A DNA stretch of 53,841 nucleotides from a bacterium (GTDB taxonomy: Bacteria > Desulfobacterota > DSWW01). Positions 36,157-45,133 of this stretch are shown one piece after another. The notes beneath the pieces were generated by a model that saw nothing but the letters and a program-made list of their open reading frames with translations, ran no database searches and was not told the origin of the DNA. Made by a program: the position numbers and the translations under genes. The DNA is taken from positions 1 through 53,841 of the forward strand of contig JBFLZG010000100.1 of NCBI GenBank assembly GCA_040756235.1. Direction: 5' to 3'. Numbering within the stretch: the first letter of the stretch is position 1; every line of letters starts with the position of its first letter.

Positions 36157-37398
36157 ATGATCGGAGCCGCGATCCTCCTGATCGGAGACGAGTTGCTGGC
36201 CGGCGAGGTCCGGGATCTCAACGGTCCTTTCTTTGCCGAGCAGTTGACGCGCGCCGGCTTCCGCATCCGGGCGGTTCGATTCCTTGCCGACGACACGGAA
36301 GCGATCGTGCGCGAGCTGCGGGAGGCACTCGGCTGCGGCGGCCTGCTCGTGGTCTGCGGCGGACTGGGGCCCACCTCCGACGACCGGACGACCGAGGCGG
36401 TTGCCGCGGCCGTGGGCCGGGACCTCGTGCTCGAGAAGGAGCAGTGGCAGCGGATCCGCCAGATCTTCGCCTCCTTTCGAGGCCATGAGCCGCCCCCGGG
36501 AAACGAGAAACAGGCCATGGTCCCACGGGGCTCCGAAATCCTGCGCAACGGTCTGGGGACCGCTCCCGGGTACGTGATCGAGGAAGGGGACGCCGTCGTG
36601 GCCGTGCTGCCCGGCCCCCCACGGGAGAACCGGCCCATGTTGGAGGCAGAGCTGCTTCCCTGGCTGGACCGCAGAATGCCGGACCGAGGGAGGATGGTCA
36701 CGCGGGTCTTTCGCGTCTTCGGCCTGGCCGAGAGTGAGGTGGGCCACCGTCTGGGCCCCCTCGAGGCCCGCTACACGCGCCTGAGGGTCGGATATCAGTT
36801 CCACTTTCCTGAGATTCTGGCCAAGCTGCGCGGTTCTTCGGAAGATCCGGCGATGCTCGACCGGGCTTCCGCTGAGCTGATGGAAGTCCTCCGGCCGCAC
36901 GTCTACGGCACCGGCGCGGAGACGCTCCCCGCGGTGCTGGGCCGCGAGCTCGCTGCCCGCGGGCTCCGCATCGCCACGGCCGAGAGCTGCACCGGCGGCC
37001 TCGTGGCGAAGCTGCTCACCGACACGCCGGGCTCGAGCGGCTGGATGGAGACCGGGTGGGTCACCTACAGCAATGCGGCGAAGGAGAGATTCCTGGGCGT
37101 GCCGGCCGGCCTCCTGAGCCGGCACGGGGCCGTGAGCGAGCCCGTGGCGCTGGCGATGCTCGAAGGGGCGCTGGAGCGGTCCGGAGCGCAGGTGGGCATC
37201 GCCGTCACCGGAATCGCCGGGCCGGAAGGCGGGACTGCGGACAAACCGGTGGGCACGGTGTGCATCGCCTGGGGAAGAAGAGGCGCTCCTGCCACGGCGA
37301 AGACTTACGGATTTCATTGGGACCGGGAGTACAACAGGATGATCAGCGCCTGGGCGGCGATGTATCACCTTTACCAGGATCTGATGGTCGAGAGGTGA
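36157..37398 (+). CDS. cinA: CinA (MocF domain + NMN deamidase PncC domain)
   Basis: IGDELLAG, GGLGPTSDD.T, GTAPG, LPGPPRE, ATAESCTGG, TYSNAAK, HGAVSE, TGIAGP.GG..KPVGTV. Confidence 0.94.
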   Translation: MIGAAILLIGDELLAGEVRDLNGPFFAEQLTRAGFRIRAVRFLADDTEAIVRELREALGCGGLLVVCGGLGPTSDDRTTEAVAAAVGRDLVLEKEQWQRIRQIFASFRGHEPPPGNEKQAMVPRGSEILRNGLGTAPGYVIEEGDAVVAVLPGPPRENRPMLEAELLPWLDRRMPDRGRMVTRVFRVFGLAESEVGHRLGPLEARYTRLRVGYQFHFPEILAKLRGSSEDPAMLDRASAELMEVLRPHVYGTGAETLPAVLGRELAARGLRIATAESCTGGLVAKLLTDTPGSSGWMETGWVTYSNAAKERFLGVPAGLLSRHGAVSEPVALAMLEGALERSGAQVGIAVTGIAGPEGGTADKPVGTVCIAWGRRGAPATAKTYGFHWDREYNRMISAWAAMYHLYQDLMVER

Positions 37399-37417
37399 GA
37401 GAGGGAGGGGGAGACCG

Positions 37418-37876
37418 ATGGAGACGAATTCCCTGCCGGAGAAGAGACCCTCGGAGACGATCGGATACCACTACATCGTCGAGGCGGCGGGCTGCGATCC
37501 GCAGATCCTCGCCAGCCCGGACGCCATGCGCGAGATTCTCACGCAGTCCGCAAAGGCGGGCGACATGACGGTCCGGACCTCGTACTTCTACCGGTTTGCT
37601 CCTTGCGGCGAGAGCGGCTCCGGCGTGAGCGGGCTGGTGATCGTCGCGGAATCCCACCTCTCCCTGCACACCTGGCCGGAAAAGGGCTACGCGGCCCTGG
37701 ACGTCTTCGTCTGCGGCGAAGCGGCGAAACCCGAAGCGGCGATCCACTACATCCTGGAGAGCCTGGGCTGCAGGGACGCGCACGTCACGGAGATCAAGCG
37801 CGGCATCCAGGACGAGGACGCCTACACCCACGCCATGGTCACCTGGGACGAGACGCTCAAGAACCGCAACCCGTGA
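37418..37876 (+). CDS. speD: S-adenosylmethionine decarboxylase proenzyme (short pyruvoyl type)
   Basis: GVSGLVIVAE-SHLSLHTWPEKGYAALDVFVCG. Confidence 0.9.
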   Translation: METNSLPEKRPSETIGYHYIVEAAGCDPQILASPDAMREILTQSAKAGDMTVRTSYFYRFAPCGESGSGVSGLVIVAESHLSLHTWPEKGYAALDVFVCGEAAKPEAAIHYILESLGCRDAHVTEIKRGIQDEDAYTHAMVTWDETLKNRNP

Positions 37877-37939
37877 GCGCCGAACAAGAAAAACTTCTGC
37901 AAGGGAGAGGAGAAGGAGCCCGCTGGGAAAACGGCTCTC

Positions 37940-39103
37940 TTACAGGCCTGCCTCCCGGGTAATCTTCGACAGGAGCTTGCCCGCGTCATAGCACTCACCC
38001 GCAATCTCCCGGGCGGCCCGGCAGTGTCCGGCATAGTCCGACTCGATCTGCTCGACGGCCTGAAGCGCCTCCTCGACGCTGTTGAATGCGAACAGCCCTC
38101 GGCCGGTCGGCACGAACCGGCTGAACCCCGTCTCCTGGACGATGACCGGCCTGGCAGCAGCCAGGTAGCAGACGCTCCGGTCGCTGAACCATCCGCTCTG
38201 CGTCCTCACGACCAGGTCCTTCGATACCGAAAACTCGCCCCGACAGCCGTAGATGTAATCCTGATAGAGGTCCGGATCCCGGGACTTGGTGAGCGGGTCC
38301 ACGAGAGACCAGCCTTTCTGTCGGATCAGGGCGCGCATTTCGGGTCGGGGCACTTCCATGGCCAGCTCGAACGGTCTGGAAGAGAGCTGCGGAAGATCGA
38401 GGAAGCGCGTGAAGCCGACGTGCTTGGACCAGTAATATCGCTCCCCTCGGAAGGTGATGTCCTTTCCCACGTTGTACATGCTTCCCAGGGTCGAGTAGAA
38501 CCGGCCAGGCGGCGTGGCCCTGGGGCCCCACAGATCCAGCACGACCGGCGGTCGAGTCGTTTTCCAGTCGTAGCGCTCCAGCGGGATCGGGCAGCCGGGC
38601 CCTCCCAGGTTCTCGCCGTAGGTGAAATGGTGGGTGTGGGCGTCCAGAAACGCCTTGGTGGTCTCGTCCCCCTGGGCGAGCTTGATCTGCTCGAAGACCG
38701 GGTCCGTCTCGAGGTACACCCGCACCGGGCAGCTCAGGTGCTCCTCGCGGATGCGCGTGGCTCCGCAGATGTTGACCAGCCCGTCCGCTTCCCTGTAAAG
38801 CTCGAAGAGCTTCGGGCGCGTCATGCCGTAGCAGGCGTCGTGAGCAGGGTCCCAGTAGGCCCAGCGGTCTCCCAGATCGAACCGCTTCATCATGCGCCGG
38901 ATCGTTTCGACTCCGTAGGTCGCGTCCTCGACGATGCTTCGGGCCCTCGGGTCGTAAGGCGGTGCGCCGGAATCCTCCACGTAGTAGACTTCGTAGCCCA
39001 GGCGCTCGAGCCCGATCAGGTGGTGGACCGCCTGCCACACGATGCCGGCCATGGGGTACTGGCCCACCAGGTGCAGCAGCAGAAGCTTCTTGCGACGACC
39101 CAT
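37940..39103 (-). CDS. Putative GT-B-fold glycosyltransferase of an uncharacterised family
   Basis: GLERLGYEVYYVE N-terminus; SGWFSDRSVCYLAAARPVIVQETG..GLFAF C-terminal motif. Confidence 0.65.
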   Translation of the reverse strand: MGRRKKLLLLHLVGQYPMAGIVWQAVHHLIGLERLGYEVYYVEDSGAPPYDPRARSIVEDATYGVETIRRMMKRFDLGDRWAYWDPAHDACYGMTRPKLFELYREADGLVNICGATRIREEHLSCPVRVYLETDPVFEQIKLAQGDETTKAFLDAHTHHFTYGENLGGPGCPIPLERYDWKTTRPPVVLDLWGPRATPPGRFYSTLGSMYNVGKDITFRGERYYWSKHVGFTRFLDLPQLSSRPFELAMEVPRPEMRALIRQKGWSLVDPLTKSRDPDLYQDYIYGCRGEFSVSKDLVVRTQSGWFSDRSVCYLAAARPVIVQETGFSRFVPTGRGLFAFNSVEEALQAVEQIESDYAGHCRAAREIAGECYDAGKLLSKITREAGL

Positions 39104-39122
39104 GCTTTCACCCGCCTCTTTC

Positions 39123-39259
39123 CGCCATTCCGGCGCAAGCCGGATCGGAGTCCGGGGCGGGCCGGAAGCCGGTCCCTCCCGGCGCACTCCGGGATCCATT
39201 CCCTACCACGCTGCTGGATCCCGGCTCCCACGCGCTTCCGCACACGCGCCGGGATGACG
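39123..39259. repeat. CGTC-type (GTCATTCC..GGATGACG) palindromic repeat
   Basis: cgccattccggcgcaagccgga ... ctggatcccggctcccacgcgcttccgcacacgcgccgggatgacg; right module near-identical at 43867-43911, partial at 53691-53722. Confidence 0.8.
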
Positions 39260-39261
39260 AA

Positions 39262-41019
39262 TCACAGACTGAACTGAGTCCGGTACAGAGCAGCAAAGTG
39301 GCCGCCTCCGTCCATGAGCTGCGAGAAGGGACCCTCCTCCACGATGCGGCCGTCGCGCAGCACGACGACCCGGTCGGCCTGCCGCACCGTGGAGAGCCGG
39401 TGCGCGATGATGAAGATCGTCCTGCCCGAGAAGAGCCGCTCGAGGCCCTGCATGATGAGCGCCTCGGTCTCGGCGTCCACAGAGGAGGTGGGCTCGTCCA
39501 GAATGAGGATCGGTGCGTTGCGCAGGATCGCTCTGGCGATGGTGAGGCGCTGCCGTTCTCCCTCGGACAGCGTGGCCCCCTGTTCGCCCACGACCGTCTT
39601 GTACCCCATGGGGAACCGTTCGATGGTCTCGTGGATGCGGGCCAGCTTCGCCGCCGCCACGACCTCGTCCGGAGCGGCATCGGGCCGGCCGTAGGAGATG
39701 TTCTCGGCTACCGTCACGGGGAAGACGAGGGGCGGCTGGAGCACCATGGCGATCTGCCGCCGGAGGTCCTTGAGCACGAAATCGCGCACGTCCGCGCCGT
39801 CGATCTTCACGCGCCCCGCCTGCGGGTCGTAGAAGCGGGCCAGGAGGCTCACCAGCGTGGACTTGCCTGCCCCGGTCGGCCCGACGATGGCGATGGTCTG
39901 ACCCCGGCGCACATGCAGGCGCACATCTTGGAGCACCGGACGATCGGGCACGTAGCGGAAGGAGACGTCCTCGAAGGAGACCTCTCCCCGTGCGCCCGCG
40001 GAGGCAAAGGTGCGGGTGCCCTCTTCCATGCCTCTTTCCACTTCCAGGATCTCGAACACCCGTCCGACCCCGGCCTTGGCCCCTTGGATGAGGCCCCATG
40101 TCTGGCTGATGCTGTTGATCGGACCGTAGAGAGAGGCGAGGTACGACGTGAAGACCACGATCTCGCCGATCGTCAGGACGCCGGAGAGGACGTGACGGGC
40201 GCCGACCCAGACCACGACGGCGGTTCCGAGGGCAATGACTACGTTGACCATGCCGGAGTACAGGGTCTGTAAGGTATAGAGCCGCAGGCTCGCGGCCAGG
40301 CTCTGATGGCTCGCCGCCATGAAGCTGCGGTGCTCTTCCTCCTCCTTGGTGAAGGCCTGGATGACCCGGATCGCGGACATGGCTCTCTGCACCACGGAGT
40401 AGACGGCGCTTTCCCGCTCGCGCGCGTAGGTCGCCGCCCGGGAGATGCGGGAGCCCATGAGGCTGATGGACAGGAAGAGCACGGGACAGACGCCCAGGGC
40501 GAGGACCGTCAGCTCCCAGTCGAGGCGGACCATGATGAAAAACATGCCGAGCAGAAGGAGGAGCGCGGACAGGATGGGGAACAGCCCGTTCATCGTCAGG
40601 GTCTGGATCGCGTACGTGTCGGCGGTGACCCGGTAGAGGAGATCGCCCACCTGCTGGCGGCTGTGGAAGTCCAGAGAGAGGCGCTGGAGATGGTTGTACA
40701 GTTCGCTCCGCAGGTCGTTGACCATCCTTTGCCCGATGCGGATGGTCGTGAAGTTGTTCAGCACCGAAAGGGCGCCCAGGAGCACGTAGACCAGCACCAG
40801 GGCCAGGCAGGCGCCGGCCAGGAGTCGGCCTGCCGGCCAGGCAGATACGGCCCCCCACTCCAGGGGTTTGCCGCCGAGCACGTGGTCGATGACCACCTTG
40901 AGCGGCCACGGCTTCGCCAGCTCCAGGAGGCTGATGAGAAAGACCTGCGCCAGCGCCGTAACGAAGGCGAGCCGGTAAGGCCAGAGGTAAGCAAGGATGC
41001 GACGGCCCGGAAGCGTCAT
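39262..41019 (-). CDS. ABC exporter, fused permease/ATPase (MsbA/PglK-like)
   Basis: N-terminal TM domain; GPTGAGKST, LSEGERQR, ILDEPTS, IAHRLST. Confidence 0.93.
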   Translation of the reverse strand: MTLPGRRILAYLWPYRLAFVTALAQVFLISLLELAKPWPLKVVIDHVLGGKPLEWGAVSAWPAGRLLAGACLALVLVYVLLGALSVLNNFTTIRIGQRMVNDLRSELYNHLQRLSLDFHSRQQVGDLLYRVTADTYAIQTLTMNGLFPILSALLLLLGMFFIMVRLDWELTVLALGVCPVLFLSISLMGSRISRAATYARERESAVYSVVQRAMSAIRVIQAFTKEEEEHRSFMAASHQSLAASLRLYTLQTLYSGMVNVVIALGTAVVVWVGARHVLSGVLTIGEIVVFTSYLASLYGPINSISQTWGLIQGAKAGVGRVFEILEVERGMEEGTRTFASAGARGEVSFEDVSFRYVPDRPVLQDVRLHVRRGQTIAIVGPTGAGKSTLVSLLARFYDPQAGRVKIDGADVRDFVLKDLRRQIAMVLQPPLVFPVTVAENISYGRPDAAPDEVVAAAKLARIHETIERFPMGYKTVVGEQGATLSEGERQRLTIARAILRNAPILILDEPTSSVDAETEALIMQGLERLFSGRTIFIIAHRLSTVRQADRVVVLRDGRIVEEGPFSQLMDGGGHFAALYRTQFSL

Positions 41020-41025
41020 GGCATT

Positions 41026-43581
41026 TCAGGAACGCCGCCCGGGAGCCGTGGGTCGAGGCGGCGTAAGGTTGATCTTCTTGGCCGTGATCTCCACCGCGTG
41101 TTGGAGCGTCTTGCCCAACCGGAAGTTCTGGCGGAAGATCGCCGCTGCATGGAGGACGCCGACCAGGGAAGCGACCCGGGCGAACCCGGACGCGCCCAGC
41201 GCGATTCCCCCGATGACCAGGAGGAGGTAGCCGAGCAGAACGAGGATGGAAAGGCGGGTCATGCGGAAGACGCACTTGACGCGGAGCAGCCTCTTGGCCC
41301 CCCCATGGTTCTCGGTGATGACCCGGATGAAGGCCTTGGACCAGATGCCGCGATAGACCGTCAGGTCCCAGGGCTTCCACCCTTGATCCGGAAGAAGGAA
41401 GTACTTGCGGGGCAGCAGAAACTCCATGAGCCCCTGAATCAGGCTTTCTTTCTCCCGGCCCTCCTCGGACCAGTAGACCAGCGAGAGCGACCGCTCGAGC
41501 CACGACGCCTCCGGCTTCTGGGCGTCTCTCTCGTAGCGGATCGGCTCGACTCCGGATACGCCGCGGATCCTCCAGCGATAGCGCGACAGGCTGCGCACCA
41601 GAGGACCGAGATAGACCAGCACGGCAATGAGGAGCCGGGCGCGGACTCCGCGGAAGCGCGGGTCCAGGGGTGCCCGCATGGCGCTGCCGAAGCACCAGCC
41701 GATCGAGACCGCCAGCGGCAGGGCCCCCAGGAGGAGGTACCCTCCGGCGAGCAGCCCATACGCCAGCAGCAGGCAGGCCGCAAGGTTCCATTCCAGCGTG
41801 AGCGGCAGGTAGGCCAGCAGGTTGGAAGGGGACTCGTAGAGGGTCTGGAAGAGCCCGCGGCCGAAGACCCCCGAGTAGATGACCGGCCTGTGGGAGAACA
41901 GGTGCGTGGTGAGGTTCCCGTAGATCCTGCCCAGCCAGCGCGCCTGCCCCAGCAAGTTGAAGCGGTAGGGGTGCTTGAAGTACACGAGGGCCTCGGCCTT
42001 CCCGTACCCTCTCTGCTGGGCCAGGTAGGCCTTGATCGTGTTGCGCCGGAAATGCCAGACCACCGCGGCAGGGCAGAAGCCGATCGTGTAGCCGGCGTTC
42101 TGCAGGCGCCAGCAGAGGTCCACGTCGTCGGCGGCCGCGCGGAACAGGGCGTCGAAACCGTTGATCTCCAGGAGCGCCGAGCGCCGGAACGCCATGTTGC
42201 AGCCGGCGATGTGCTCGGCCACCTCGTCATTGAGGAGCACGTACGTCGGCCCCCCCGGGGAGACGGCCACGCAGGCGGGCACCAGCGTCTCCTCGCGCGG
42301 ACAGAGGTTGGGACCTCCCACGGCGGACAGATGGGAGGAGAGCATCTTGGCCACGATGTACGTGAGCCAGTCCGGATCGGCCGTGCAGTCCGAGTCCGTG
42401 AAGGCGACGATTTCCCCTCGAGCCGCCGTGATGCCGGCGTTGCGCGCGACGCTGAGCCCCTGGTTCTCCTGGTCGATGATGCGGACGTCCCGGTACCTGC
42501 GGGCGATCTCCAGGGTGCCGTCGGTGGACCCGTCGTTCACCACGACCACTTCGTAGTTGGGATAGTTCAGCCCCTGGAGCGAGACCAGGCACGCGTCCAT
42601 GGTGCGCTCGGCGTTGAAGGCGCACACCACGACCGAGACCTTCGGATAGTGGCTGAGGGAGACGGAGATCGGCCGCGCGTAGTGGCGCTTGACCGAGGCA
42701 TAGGCAGGCTTCTGTCTGCGCTGCCGGTCCACGAGGCCGAAAGCCCACTCCTGCACGTCGTAGCCCCCCGTGAACCATTCATCGGTCCAGGAGAAGACCA
42801 CCGTTCCCGCGACTCCCATTTCATAGCTTGCCTGGAGCTGCCAACCCAGGATGTCGGCCTGGGCCTGGATGCCTTCGCGCATCGAGTCGATGCCGAACTC
42901 CGTCAACACCAGGGGGCGCTCGCCGGCCCACACGTGCAGATGGTGCAGGTAGCGGCGGAAAGCCCCTTCTTCGTGGAGGTAGACGTTGAAGGCGGCGAAG
43001 TCGGTGAAGTCCACGGTCAGGTATTCGGTGGAGGGGTAGTTGGCATAGCTGACCAGGGCCTCGGGGTGAATGTCCTTGGCCGTCCGGTACAGCTCACGAA
43101 GGAATTTGCGTACGTGGTGGGGGCCGTGCCAGCGCAGCACGTCGGGCGGGATCTCGTTGCCGATCAGGTAAGCCATGACCGCGGGGTGGCGACGGCAGGC
43201 CTTGACCCCCCGGCCGACCCGCCAGCGGATCTCCTTCTTGAGCTTGTCCGATTCGAGAAAGCAGACGTGCTGCGTCCAGGGCGTACCGATGAGCGCCTTG
43301 AGCCCGAACGTCTCGGCCGTGTCGAGGAGCCATTCCGGAGGCACGTTGAAGGTCCGGAAGGTGTTCGCTCCGAGCTCCTTCATCAGGGCGAAGTCCTTCT
43401 CGACCACGCTTCGCTCCGGAAAGGGTACGCCCTCGGGAGAAGGGGCGAACGGACCGTACGTGACCCCTTTGACGAAGAACTTGCGATCTCCCTGGAAAAG
43501 AAACTTGCCGCGCACCGTGACCGGCTGATCATTGGCGTTGCAGGCGGGACGGGGCGAGACGAAGGCAGCCAGCTGTTTCAC
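41026..43581 (-). CDS. Fusion of a clan GH-A glycoside hydrolase (GH2-like TIM barrel), a GT2 glycosyltransferase and C-terminal TM helices
   Basis: GVTYGPF, GANTFR, GNEIP (acid/base), LTEFG (nucleophile); VSVVVCAFN, VNDGSTD, FTDSD, GCNMAFRR, DDVD, QQRGY. Confidence 0.88.
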   Translation of the reverse strand: MKQLAAFVSPRPACNANDQPVTVRGKFLFQGDRKFFVKGVTYGPFAPSPEGVPFPERSVVEKDFALMKELGANTFRTFNVPPEWLLDTAETFGLKALIGTPWTQHVCFLESDKLKKEIRWRVGRGVKACRRHPAVMAYLIGNEIPPDVLRWHGPHHVRKFLRELYRTAKDIHPEALVSYANYPSTEYLTVDFTDFAAFNVYLHEEGAFRRYLHHLHVWAGERPLVLTEFGIDSMREGIQAQADILGWQLQASYEMGVAGTVVFSWTDEWFTGGYDVQEWAFGLVDRQRRQKPAYASVKRHYARPISVSLSHYPKVSVVVCAFNAERTMDACLVSLQGLNYPNYEVVVVNDGSTDGTLEIARRYRDVRIIDQENQGLSVARNAGITAARGEIVAFTDSDCTADPDWLTYIVAKMLSSHLSAVGGPNLCPREETLVPACVAVSPGGPTYVLLNDEVAEHIAGCNMAFRRSALLEINGFDALFRAAADDVDLCWRLQNAGYTIGFCPAAVVWHFRRNTIKAYLAQQRGYGKAEALVYFKHPYRFNLLGQARWLGRIYGNLTTHLFSHRPVIYSGVFGRGLFQTLYESPSNLLAYLPLTLEWNLAACLLLAYGLLAGGYLLLGALPLAVSIGWCFGSAMRAPLDPRFRGVRARLLIAVLVYLGPLVRSLSRYRWRIRGVSGVEPIRYERDAQKPEASWLERSLSLVYWSEEGREKESLIQGLMEFLLPRKYFLLPDQGWKPWDLTVYRGIWSKAFIRVITENHGGAKRLLRVKCVFRMTRLSILVLLGYLLLVIGGIALGASGFARVASLVGVLHAAAIFRQNFRLGKTLQHAVEITAKKINLTPPRPTAPGRRS

Positions 43582-43674
43582 CGAGGTTCCTTCCGCAGCG
43601 GGAGCCCAACCGTGTACCCGAACGGGCGGAGCAAGTCAACGGCAGGGCTGCGGTGCCTGCCCTTTCCACAATTC

Positions 43675-43948
43675 CCGTCATTTCGGCGCAGGAGGCTGTG
43701 TCATGACGGCCCCGTCATTCCCGCGAAAAGCGGGAATCCCTCTGCGTCCAGGGACCCCGACTCGCGGCCGCTACGCGGTCTTGGCCGGGGATGACGAATT
43801 ACACAGCTTCGAAGGCGTGAATCCAGCCCCTGCATCCCGTAATTGCACCTGTGCTGATGCAGACTTCTGGATCCCGGCTCTCACGCGCTTCGCACACGGG
43901 CCGGGATGACGGAAAGACAGAACACAGCCTCATGCGCGGGAATGACGG
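43675..43948. mobile_element. Nested repeat: CGTC-type element interrupted by a MITE-like GAGGCTGTGT..ACACAGCCTC shell carrying more CGTC units
   Basis: Outer ccgtcatt (43675) / aatgacgg (43948); perfect 10-bp TIR 43692-43701 and 43922-43931; inner cgtcattcccgcgaaaagcgggaatcc..ggatgacg and 43867-43911. Confidence 0.7.
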
Positions 43949-43990
43949 CTCACCGGGAGCAGCACATCGGCCTTTTTCGACGGCCTGTCA

Positions 43991-45016
43991 TCAGGAGAAA
44001 TGTTCCCAGCCCGAAGGCTCCAGAGGCCGGCGGCGCCCGCTCCCGTCCACCCACCGGCAACCCGCCTCGGGCGGCAGGATCGTGCCGATCTCGGTCATCG
44101 GCGTCGCGGATGCGGAGGCGATGTGCCGGATCCGATCGGACGAAACTCGAGGCGAAACGGTGAAGAGCAGCTCGTAGTCTTCACCGCCGCCCAGGACGAG
44201 CTCCGCCGGATCCTTCCCCAACTCTTGCGCGGCCCGGACAAGGTCCGGTTCAATCGGGAGGTGCTCGAAGGAGACCTCCGCTCCGACCCGGCTGCTCTCG
44301 CAGACGCGGAGGAGGTCGCGGGCCAGCCCGTCGCTCAAGTCGATCATGGAGGTCGCAGCGCTGGCTCCGGCGATCTCGAGCCCGGCGCGCACCCTGGGTT
44401 CGGGGCTGAGATGAGCACGCACCAGCTCCGCAAAGTCGTCCTTTCCGGCGCCTCCGAGCTGCTCGAGGACGTGGTAGCCTGCGGCCGAGGATCCGACCGT
44501 TCCGGTCACATAGATCCGATCGCCGGGGCGAGCGCCGCTGCGCGTCAGGAGCTTGCCCGCCGCCACCTCGCCCACGAGGGTGATGTCCACGATGGTCCTG
44601 TCCGTGCTGCGCGCCAGGTTGCCGCCGATGATCGTTGCCCGGAACTCGGCCAGCCGGTCCCGCATGCCTGCGAACAGGTCGTCGAAATCCGACAGGGGCA
44701 GATTCGGGGGGAGACCGAGGGATGCCAGGGCGAACGCGGGCGAGCCTCCCATGGAGGCCAGATCGCTCAAGTTGACGGCCATGGCGCGACGGCCCAGTTG
44801 GTAGGCGGAGAGGTCCTTGCGGCGGAAGTGGGTGTTCTCGATCTGGATGTCGCAGGTGAGGAGCAGGAGCTTGTCTTCTGCCACCTTCACGGCCGCCGCA
44901 TCGTCTCCGATCCCCAGGACGACCCGGTCATCGACGGCGGGCCCCAGGATCCGGCGGATGCGCTCGATCAGCCTGACCTCGCCCAGCGGTCCGATGAAGG
45001 GAGTCTGCTGGCTCAT
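43991..45016 (-). CDS. thiL: Thiamine-monophosphate kinase
   Basis: GEVRLI, GIGDDAA, NLSDLASMGG, LTRSGARPGD, MIDLSDGL, GGEDYELLFT, GWEHF. Confidence 0.94.
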   Translation of the reverse strand: MSQQTPFIGPLGEVRLIERIRRILGPAVDDRVVLGIGDDAAAVKVAEDKLLLLTCDIQIENTHFRRKDLSAYQLGRRAMAVNLSDLASMGGSPAFALASLGLPPNLPLSDFDDLFAGMRDRLAEFRATIIGGNLARSTDRTIVDITLVGEVAAGKLLTRSGARPGDRIYVTGTVGSSAAGYHVLEQLGGAGKDDFAELVRAHLSPEPRVRAGLEIAGASAATSMIDLSDGLARDLLRVCESSRVGAEVSFEHLPIEPDLVRAAQELGKDPAELVLGGGEDYELLFTVSPRVSSDRIRHIASASATPMTEIGTILPPEAGCRWVDGSGRRRPLEPSGWEHFS

Positions 45017-45133
45017 GGGTCCCCCGCGATGCAAAACAGTAAGGAGAGAAGTCTGCAGCAGGAGGGTTGCAGAGGCGCGGAAGAAATGCAATCCCTCCGT
45101 GCGCCCGTGATCGCTTGCGCGTTCGATGGCGGT

